Source: Pseudogymnoascus verrucosus (taxonomy: Eukaryota). From it: a stretch of 64,000 nt of DNA. Each line of letters begins with the position of its first letter. Positions within the stretch are counted from its first letter, which is position 1. Shown here in pieces: positions 48,480 to 58,255 of the stretch. The position numbers and the translations under genes are program-made. Under the pieces are notes generated by a model that saw only the letters and a list, made by a program, of their open reading frames with translations, did no database searches and was not told the DNA's origin. Where the stretch lies: the NCBI GenBank assembly GCA_001662655.1, contig KV460235.1. One strand, given 5' to 3'.

Positions 48480-48796
48480 GTCTGTGGTTTGCGCCTTTCA
48501 TGAAAGACCTGTTGGATTGGTCATACTAAGTTTCCGACTTGAAATCTGAGGGTTCTTTTGGGGTGAAAGGAATGAACCCACCAGGCATGACTACAGTACA
48601 TGGGAATATATATTGAGGAAAAGAGTATAATTTTAGATACAGCTAGAGCATAACACATAAAACGGTCACTCAATACTAGAAGTTGATCAGAGTCGTTCAA
48701 GTGAATTGTAGGCCTGTCTAATTTCCAGTGATCCATCTAGCTTTCCACTATGAAAGACAATAGCAACCCATGTTTCACACCTGCCCGCGTGTAAAC

Positions 48797-49720
48797 CTAC
48801 TGGCCTGCACTCTCTCCCACCGCGGCCTTAATAGCCTTCTCCAGGTCTTCCTTACTGAACGCAGGGACTCCTAGCAGTGCATTATCCTTCCCCTCATAAC
48901 TCCCTCCATACCCATCCCCAAAGATCGCCTTATAAATAAACTTAATCCACAGCCCCCCATCAAACTTCTGCGCCTTCAGATCCGCCCAAGCCTCCGCCTC
49001 CAAATCCGCACTCTTCACATGCGTCTCGACCCACCCCTCCCTGCCCACCAACTTCTTCCCAATCTCAACAGCCTCATTCTGCGTGATATCGGAGTTCTTC
49101 ACATACACCGCGCGATTCTTCGTCTCCTCCAAATGCGTCAACACGCCCACCACCGCCGTACCAATATGATCCCTCGTCGTCCCGCTGATCACGGTATCCC
49201 CGCCATCAATAAGCTGCACCGTCTTCTTCCCCAGGTCAGCGAGGAAGCCGTTCGTAAACCCCCAATCCAGGAACGGCCCATTGATGACCTGCGTGTACTC
49301 AATCAGACCCTTCGCCGCGCGCTCCGCAACCGCATTCTGGACCTCGATCTTCTTAGCGTAGACGGGAAGGCCCTTGACTTTCTCGTTGTGCGTGTCGGAG
49401 CCAAAGTCCGAGGGGATGAAACGGGTGACGCCAGCGGCGATAGCGGCATCGAGGAGGGGGAGCTGGAGGGGCGCTTGCTCTGCGCCGAAGAGGACAATGA
49501 CGGCGTCTTGGCCGGTGAGGGCCGTGGTTAGGGAGGCGGATGACGAGTAGTCGACTGGGAGGACGGTGACATTGGAGGGAAACTGGTGCGTAGAGGAGGG
49601 GCGCGTGAGGACAGTGATAGAGAAGAGGTTCGAGGATAAGAGGGCTTTGAGGACGGCGGGGCCAAGGTTACCGCTTGCGCCGGCGAGGGCGACGTTTTTG
49701 ATGACCTTTACTGGGGCCAT
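48797..49720 (-). CDS. NmrA-like / isoflavone-reductase-like NAD(P)-binding oxidoreductase
   Basis: VALAGASGNLG, VDYSS...L...LTGQDAVI, AGVTRFIPSDFG, a K motif and GPFLDW. The likely start is MAPVK at 49720. Confidence 0.92.
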   Translation of the reverse strand: MAPVKVIKNVALAGASGNLGPAVLKALLSSNLFSITVLTRPSSTHQFPSNVTVLPVDYSSSASLTTALTGQDAVIVLFGAEQAPLQLPLLDAAIAAGVTRFIPSDFGSDTHNEKVKGLPVYAKKIEVQNAVAERAAKGLIEYTQVINGPFLDWGFTNGFLADLGKKTVQLIDGGDTVISGTTRDHIGTAVVGVLTHLEETKNRAVYVKNSDITQNEAVEIGKKLVGREGWVETHVKSADLEAEAWADLKAQKFDGGLWIKFIYKAIFGDGYGGSYEGKDNALLGVPAFSKEDLEKAIKAAVGESAGQ

Positions 49721-50548
49721 ATTTTGAGATAGAAGTGAGAGTGTGGAAGTGGTATAAATCTTTGGTAGAGGTAGAGGAGATGAATTGTAAGTGACTTGAT
49801 GGAATATACTTCTGTGTTTGGAGAGATAATATCTTGAGAAACGGTAATGCGATGGGATATATATACTTACACTCGATCGCAAATTCCTATAGAAGCCGAA
49901 TTCCGATCCGATCGGGAAGAGAAGCACAGAGAGTACCTGCGGCACAGCTATGCCCGATCCATTCAATAAATTAGGTGACTAAATTGACGTGCTTCACGAT
50001 ATTACTACAACATTACTAAGTGCAGTCTTCACTGACGACACCTTCCCGGCGAGGCTGGTGGCGCAATATCTGGTATCCGCTTCTGACAGATCAATGGTAT
50101 GGTGGCAAGTCTGTAAGCAACTTCACACCGACACAGACACGGCATATCTCGCGGGATTTCACTGTGGAGAGAAGGCGTGAATGTGCTCTCTCCGCCCTCT
50201 GACCGAGCTTTGCTCATTCCCATAGCTAAGTTGGAACATGTCAAAACTTGCGGTCGTGAGAGCACTGATCGGAACTTCCGTGTCCGCATATTCCGCCTCG
50301 CAGTTATGATACACAACGATTACATAAGCCTACCCCTGTCATGATGTCATTTATATTCAAACCATATATGGAAGTTAAACATCGAAGTAAATAAAGACCT
50401 CTATGGCCATATTCCGCTGACAAAAACAGAAGTATACCACCTATCTTGATTGTAAATATTTTCTTTCTGTCATTTTCCGTCTCTGTGTCTTTAGTAAGGG
50501 AAGTCTCTAGTGGGGTTTCCCCACCCTCTATCAGTTTTCGCCGCCATC

Positions 50549-51850
50549 ATGCCCGGGTATGGAGCAACAATCCACGAACAGGAAGACGGATTCAAGTACT
50601 TCGTATTAGACAACGAGGAAGTTGGTCGTCGCCATGGCAAATACCTACCGCAATGCATCATAGATTCGGATTTCGCTACATTCAATTTCTACACTCAAAA
50701 ACCAGAGCTGCCGTACGCCATTGGCAGTTGTCTGAAAGCCCATCCGCATACTCCGCAGCCGCCGGACAACGATATTACTCCTGGCGACGAGTTTGACTAT
50801 GGCAACGAGCGTATGGAGCATGAGAGCCATACTGTTGACCCGCTTCATCGCTGCCTATTGCATCCACCCTGGCCGGGCAAGACTGAAGCAGGCGTGGTGG
50901 AATTCAAAGTAGTCGACTGGGTGCAAGCTGGCGACCCGAACAATTCCCAGGTGGTAGCTGTGCGCATTCTCAACTCTACCCTTGATCTTCCCACCGACGT
51001 GGACCTCCTGGCTAAGATTTATGACCCCCTCTATTTCGACTATCTTCACTACCATACAAATATATTTCAGTATCTCGATTTTTGTTACAGGAGAGAGACC
51101 GCGGCCTACAGACAACTTACCGATCTGCAGGGAAACATCATCCCAAAGTACTATGGGTCATTCACAATGTCTCTCCCTGGCGATGGAAAAATTTCACGCC
51201 ACGTCAGGATGATTCTGCTGGAGATTGTACCGGGGCTGTCAATGGATAAGCTGAGCCCATCGGGCTTCAAGCAGGCAGAGCGACAAGAGATGATGAAGGC
51301 CATCGTTGATTCCGAGCGCGCCGTGTATGCTCACAAGGTAATAAATGGAGATATGCACCCGCGAAATATCCTATTCCCACCGGATCCGTTAGATCGAGGC
51401 TGTAGAGCCGTCATCGTGGATTTCGGGATATCGCGCATCATCCCTAACGTCCAGAAGGAGTACCCACTCCCGGGGGTCACTCGTACGGCACCGCCTTTTC
51501 ATTGTGTTGACACTTACAATTTCTTCGAATGGGTAGATTGGGATTGGGATGCGTGGATTAATGAGGTGTATGCCGATATCAAGGGAACTAGTCTCACCTC
51601 TAGAGAAGAATGCGTTTTACACAGCTGCCACGGACAAAAGGTCCTGAGTATTAACGATGGTATAGGTCAAACATATATGCCGAGAACCAAAAGAAGAAAA
51701 AGGGTAGAGTGGAAGCTTGGTACACATAATAATGCTGTAGAGCAGGATATAGAGCCCATATGCCGTTCTCAAACGCCAGGCACTGTACTGATAAGGCCCG
51801 TTCAAATCTCTATAGAACCGCCGATGAACTCCCCAAGCTCTATAACCTAG
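50549..51850 (+). CDS. Atypical protein-kinase-like protein
   Basis: LLAKIYDPLY, RETAAY, IPKYYGSF, ILLEIVPG, catalytic-loop-like NGDMHPRNIL and IVDFG; no Gly-rich loop. Confidence 0.8.
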   Translation: MPGYGATIHEQEDGFKYFVLDNEEVGRRHGKYLPQCIIDSDFATFNFYTQKPELPYAIGSCLKAHPHTPQPPDNDITPGDEFDYGNERMEHESHTVDPLHRCLLHPPWPGKTEAGVVEFKVVDWVQAGDPNNSQVVAVRILNSTLDLPTDVDLLAKIYDPLYFDYLHYHTNIFQYLDFCYRRETAAYRQLTDLQGNIIPKYYGSFTMSLPGDGKISRHVRMILLEIVPGLSMDKLSPSGFKQAERQEMMKAIVDSERAVYAHKVINGDMHPRNILFPPDPLDRGCRAVIVDFGISRIIPNVQKEYPLPGVTRTAPPFHCVDTYNFFEWVDWDWDAWINEVYADIKGTSLTSREECVLHSCHGQKVLSINDGIGQTYMPRTKRRKRVEWKLGTHNNAVEQDIEPICRSQTPGTVLIRPVQISIEPPMNSPSSIT

Positions 51851-52626
51851 AGATACGGCGCCAGACACCCAGATCCACGCTCAGATTTAGAGTAACCCAA
51901 GTATCAAAGAGAAGAAACCCGCTACCGACAGTATCCCCCCTTACTACCATATCCACCCATCCACCCCCCTTCCACAACCCTCACATCACCTCACACCTCA
52001 CACCTCACACCTCACAAAACACCAATTTCACAGCCATCAAATTCAAAAGAATTCCTCTATTAAGCAATACAGCATACAGTACAATGCCACAAGCTCCTAT
52101 TCAGCTCTTGAAATAGAACCTGACACGATCCCCCGATCCCCAAACCCGCCTTGTTCACGCCCCCATGCGCCAATCGCCCATATCTACCACCCCCCCTCCC
52201 TCCTCCCGCAGTTGTAGCTCCTCTTTTTCTTCGCCCAGGCTTTTATTCACGTGCCCCTGAAAGGGTAAAAAATGAAACGCCAGTGTTATGCGTGTGCGAC
52301 TCTTCAAGACATCCGTCGCGCATTTCTTGCTTCCTTCTCCACCCATCCTCTTCTTCTCCGCCAACGCCCTACTCATACACCCACCCCATCTCACCAACCA
52401 CCGACAAAAACAAAAATGAAAATGTCTCTAAAAAGAACGCCGCTCGATGCACCCCCTACCATCTCCAAGCTAAAAGAATGTCTCTTGTGAAAAAAGCGAA
52501 AGTATAATATACAGTAGCGTGCGTCATGGCGTTAAAAAAAGGCGGGATTATTACAAATTCTTTGTTTGATTGGATGTTTTCGAGGCCAAAAGCGAAACGA
52601 ATGTGATAGCGAGAAAGTAAATCCAT

Positions 52627-53915
52627 TTACGCCTGGGTTTGTTTTTGTTTTTGTGCTTGTGCTTCTTGCTGCGCCTTCTGTTGTGCCTCGATTTGTTCGT
52701 TCTCCGTGCCGTCGTAGACGATGCCGATGTGGCGTAGGTTCTCTGGTTTCCATGATCCTGTGGTAGTTAGTTTATGGCTCTATCAAACAATCTCTCTCAA
52801 GATTCTAGGACAGGACACAACTCACCCTCAAACTCATGCTTAACAAACGCCATCGGATCATCATACTCCCCACTCCCCATCGTCTGCACGCCCGGGCTAA
52901 AACTCGTAATCGGCAACACAATCACATCCCCAACCTTCTTCGGGCCCTTCATCCCCGTAAAGTCTCTCCAGGTGATATTCCCCACGCCCTCAAAGTACTT
53001 GTCATCATTGAAGAAATCAAACACCACATCCGTCCACACCGCCGGCCCCGTAAACTCAACCACCTTGTCGTCGCTGACGTGCAGCGCGCCCGCCTTCTGC
53101 CTCCGCAGCGTCTCGGCCGTGATGCGCGCCACGATGCTGCGCAGGACCGGGTGGCCAGGCTTGGCTTGGATGGTCCATTGGCATAGCTGAATGCGCCGGC
53201 TATACCATTCCGCCCAGTCCTCGCGGTCGGCGGCGTCGACTTCGATGCCTACGACGAGCCCGACTGCCTCGTGAGGGACAGACGGCGGGATCCAGTCGAG
53301 CGCCGAGCGCAGAGCGTGGGTGTCGATGTCGGTGTAGATGCCTCCGCGCGCGAGGAGGATAAGGTAGCGGAAGAAATCCGCCTTGAGGATAGGGAGCGGG
53401 AGCGCCTCGTAAGCCTGCAGGACCTCAGGGAGGGCGGCGTAGAGGTAGCGCAGCAGATGTAGCGCGACTGCATCGGTGACAACCTCGTGGACAAAGCCCG
53501 GGTGCTTCTCAGACCACGAGGCCTCAGCTGGGCGGAGCGACTCGGCGAACTCGCCGGACGCGGGGGTGTGCTTCCAGGTCTGCCAGATGTAGGCGGGGAA
53601 TTTGGTGGGGAGGTCGTAAGGGAAGTGGTAGGCGAGCTTGTCGGGGAGGGAGAGCGTGGAGGGGTCGACGAGCGGGCGCTGGGTGGAGGGTTTCTTGGAG
53701 TTGGTGGAGGCCTGCTGCGAGGATTTCGAGCTGTCGTCTTTGGGGTGTGAGGCGGTCGTTGAGGCGTGTTCGGTGCCGTCGTGCTGCTGCTGCTGCTTTT
53801 CTGCTGCGGCAGAGCCTAAGGGCGATAGTGAAGAGTCGCTGTGTGTGTGTGTGAAGAGGTAGAGGATTGTGAGTATGAGCGCCGCTGCTGCGACTGCTCT
53901 TCGAAAAGTCAACAT
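52627..53915 (-). CDS. OCH1: Initiation-specific alpha-1,6-mannosyltransferase (GT32)
   Basis: N-terminal TM anchor, FPAYIWQTWK, LKADFFRYLILLARGGIYTDID (DxD), QWTIQAKPGHP, TGPAVWTD, LPITSFSPG and HEFEGSWK across intron 52758-52825. Confidence 0.95.
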
Positions 53916-54977
53916 TTTTCTTCTTTCTGTCCTGTCCCCCTGGGTCCGTCCGCGTCACCAGCCGCACAGCAGCTCACAAACGCTAGACCGGTCCTTTGTG
54001 TCGTCGGCAGCCAATTCTCCTTCACTCCAGTCTCTCTGTATTCCCCAATTATATCACAAGTGATTGTCGAAGGTGGTTTTTGTCGAGATTGGGTTTTTCG
54101 TGAAGTAGAAAAGAAAGAGGAACGGGGGTTCCTTGTGTGGTGGCTGATGCTGAAGTTCGCGATGGTCTGATGCGTTGGGGAGTGCTCCACGCCAAGCGAA
54201 AAAGTGATGATCGATCTGCAGAGTGGGTGTAAAGGTGTAAAGTGGTTGGAGCTAGTCGGGGGGTAGCGTCATCCGCCAGCCAGATACACCAGAGGCATGG
54301 AAGGTGCGTCGCGCGCCAGTGTTTCAGGGCTTTGTGCTCGACAACGGGGGTTCATCCACAACCGTCGATGAATGCTGGGTGGGTGAGATGTTAGTGTAGT
54401 GGGTGCAATCTTAGGGAGAGGAAGCGCTGTGTCGATCGCTGTGATAGTGTTTGATATTAGAAGTTTCCGGAGTTGCGAGAGTTACAGGATGACCGCATTG
54501 GGCGAATTAGTGACGGAGAAATGGGAGAGCCGAGGTATGCATTGTGTAGATATGTGTGTATGTGTGTATGTATCTGTATATATCTCCATTATAATCTCCA
54601 TACAGAGTAGTATATAGCTTATACGGAATAATTAACTATTCTAATAATGCCGCAATTAACTACATACAGCTATCAGCTAAAACATTTCAAACATTAACAT
54701 TAACATTCCAAACATGTACCATACCACACACAGTATTTAAACAGTTACGCCAACCACCAACGTCATCACCCGCCCTCGCCCCGTTCACCCCCTTGCTTCC
54801 CTTTCCACCTCCTTCTCGGATCGTTCGTTCTCTCCTTCCTCCTTTTCTCCTTCTTTCCTCCTCTCCTTCCCTTTGCCCATCCCTTCGCCCTCTGGTCCCT
54901 CCCCTCGCCCCTCGCCCCTCGCTAAACACAGGGGCCACCACTACCAAAACACCAACACTAAAAAACACACACGCACA

Positions 54978-55873
54978 ATGAATATCCCACCTCTTCCAAG
55001 CCCCAATTCCTTGCCCGCCTCCCCCCACCTCACCCCAATCGCACCTTCCACTACACCACTCCCCATCCACCACTATCTTCCATCCCCCTCCAGCGCCCCA
55101 TTCCTCCTCTCCAGCGCCCCATCCTCCGCCCCCACAGCTCCCGAGACACACGAGCTCACACACCGTCATCCCCCCCATCCGGCACCAGCATCACCGCCCA
55201 CAGCACTACCACCACCAGCGTCATACCGTAAAGTAAAGCCCACCCGCAATCTAATCTCCGCCCCAGCGCCGATCGCCCAGTTCCCCACCACCACCACACA
55301 CGCATCACACACAGCACAGCATAGCGCCGCTGACGCTTTCCTCCTCAGCTCCCTCCCTCCCACACTCTCCGTTCGTTTCACCTTCCTCGCGCCGAACCGC
55401 GCCGCCGGGCTATGTGTAGCCGACTCGTTCGCATGCAGTCAGACACAGACACTGACACAGACACGTCTCCATCCAGCATACTGGCTAACGGGTTCGGTAG
55501 GTAGGTTTCGTAAATATACAACAAATACAGAAAGTAACATTCCCCTACCGCGGCACTGCCCCATTCCTTCCTTCCCCCCTACCCTACGCCCCATCCTTTG
55601 TGCGTAGATAGGATAGCGGCGTAGATCGTGGGCGCCTTTGCGTTTACCTACTTACTCCCCTGGGACGCGATGCCCACGCGTGGGGAGGATGCCCCTGAGC
55701 TAGCGCACTTGGGGGAGCTCACCGGTCTCGGGGATGTGTGCGAGGAGGAGTGTGAGCGGGGTGGTTTGGGTGGTGATCACATGTTTGTTTGTATCCCGGG
55801 ACAGTGGGAGGAGGAGGAGGAGGAGGAATTTAGACTTGTCTCGCGCGCTGTTGTCTGGTATTTTGCTGTCTGA
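54978..55873 (+). CDS. Hypothetical Pro-rich protein; exon structure uncertain
   Basis: ATG in CACAATG context, a candidate donor at 55371 and a phase-compatible acceptor at 55624 leading to IVGAFAFTYLLPW...VVWYFAV*. No family recognised. Confidence 0.35.
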
Positions 55874-57101
55874 TGGATACAAGTAAGTCATGGTAAGACA
55901 GTATTTGTGATGCAAGGATGGATGTGTGTGGGAGTTGGAAGGAATTGGGAGGTCTCAGTTGGCGGTCCCATCGATTTGGGTTTTACAGTTGCATGAAAAC
56001 TTTACTCAAGCATTTCTTGGATGTATGGAACGTTATCTCATCGTCTTAATTGTTTCTAAACACGTTTCTAAACACTTGTGGTTGTAGAGATGCCGGTTTC
56101 ACTTTTCTCGCATATCTGTCTTGTACGGCTGTTTCTGTCGATCGGCCCATAATTACATACTACACCACATCTCACACCACCACCAGCCGGATCTCTCTAC
56201 AACTTCAAATCCACCACATATAACCCACACACATAACCAAAGTTGAACGACATCATAACCATAGTTGAACAATAAATAGTCTCTCCAATTCTAACATCTC
56301 GACAAAAACTAGATATAGATAATAAAGATACGTATATACAAACAGCCCCCCCCCCCAATTCCTCCCGCCCTCGCGCCCAAAATGCAATTATTCCACCACC
56401 CCCTTCCAAAAACATAAATACGCCACACACACCTCCCAAAAAACAAAAATCCCATCACTCCGTTTTCATTCCGCCACTCTGTTTCCCTAAGGGGGTCCCT
56501 GCGAGGGTAGAAAAGCAAATAAAAAACATGGGAGATGTCTAACACGGCCGTGAGAGCGTCAAAGTAGTCCAGGGTAGTCATTAGGACGGTTCATCATAAT
56601 TCTCTCCTAGGGCGTAATGGTAGTGGTAGGTTTGTAGAGTTGAGTTCATTTTTGTCGAAGTATCCCCAGTTTCCCGGCGCGCGCGGATTTCCATTAATAC
56701 GGGGTTTGTGCGAACGCGAGTGGCTCCAAAAGGCGACGGGTTCCGCACACAAGGCGTCAATATATCCAGCAAAAACTCCAGCCATCAGGTGGGTATCAGC
56801 ACAAATTGTTCGGTGCTATGCTGCACGTCTAGGTCTCCGTCAGGTCTGTTCCATATATAGGATGGAATGTCCACGGGATCCAAAACTGGTGCACATCGTG
56901 CAACGGCCATATATCTCCTCGGTGCGACAGAGTACGCACTTCCAGAGATCCGACAAATGATCCATGGCTGGCTGGATCACAACGGCGTGAACATCCTAGC
57001 AAAGAAACACGGCCATGGCATCATGTCTTCAAACAGAGAGAGAAAGAGAAGGTCGAGTCCACGGAGCATAGCACCTCGGGAGGTCCAAGCACGGGCAAAT
57101 C

Positions 57102-58255
57102 CTAACGGCGATGTTTCCCAGGATGTCTGTCGGTGCGCCTCTCCGGATCTCTGTCGCTCCTCTCGCTGCGATGCCTCGACTGTCCCGAGCTGGTCGGCTT
57201 CGGCGCCTGGTTGGACTGGTCCGGGAAATCCTCTTCATATCCATCATACTCCATGTTTTGGTCTTCTTGAGGACCTGTAGGCCGAAGCGGCCAGTTAGAC
57301 ACGATTCACACACGAGGGTAGCGTCAATACGCACCACGGCCGCCGTTGTAGTTGTAGGGATCCTGGCCTGGTAAACTGTCGCGCTGCTGGTACTGCTGCG
57401 GTGGGGGAACTGGCTGTCCCCGACCTTGGGGCATGATCGGTGGCTGGTCGTAGTATCCCTGTGGAGGCGCACGGTTGTCGGGCTGGTAGCCCTGATTCAT
57501 ACCTCTACCCTCCCCGTATCCAGGGTTGGGCGGTGCATATCCTGTCCGTGGTGGTTGGGAAGGTGCCTGTGAAAGACCATACTGGACGGGAGTCCCGTAT
57601 GAGTAGTTTGGATTGGGATTGTATTCCGGCTGAGCTCCATATGGTTGCGGCGGCTGCTGCTGCGGCTGGCCTGGGTAACCATCATATCTTCCTCCTGCCT
57701 GGTTTGGCTGCTGCTGCGGCGATGGAATGGAATATCCTCCTCCTTGGAGTTGAGGGGCATCGTCCCACGGCGGCTGCTGCTGCCGGGCCCGGGTAAGTGA
57801 CGAACGGTACCCGACGTCTGGTGTAATGTTAGATGACCGAACACCTACGTCCGAATCTCGCAATGGTGAGATACCTCCACCCTGTGATCCCCTGTTTGTC
57901 TGGTTTTTCGCCCGCTCTGCTCCCCATCTGGCAGAGTCGGCCTTGATGTCGGTCAATTGATCCTGAAATCCCACGGTGATCAGCAACAATGTCTTGTGGA
58001 AATGGTGTTCGGGTTTCATTTACCGTCGTCAGAGCACGGTAGGCGGTGATGAAGTAGCCGGCGATCGGCTCTCCTTTGCTGTTCTGTAGTATGTCAGTAT
58101 GGTTGATGAGAAGCCGTCGTCGACGGGTGAGTCACCTTGTGCTGTCCGGGTTTCACGAGCGCGTCGTTGCCCAAGTACCGACAGATGTCAGTCGTGATGA
58201 CCTCTCTGTCGATACCTGTGGCCGGCACGAAATATGTCGCGAGACGTTGCGACAT
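57102..58255 (-). CDS. RfeG-like putative transcriptional regulator
   Basis: Spliced N-terminal domain YFVPATGIDREVITTDICRYLGNDALVKPG...GYFITAYRALTT...DIKADSARW, as I recall for Aspergillus RfeG, followed by a Q/P/Y/G-rich region. Introns 58084-58135, 57963-58023 and 57275-57334. Confidence 0.82.
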
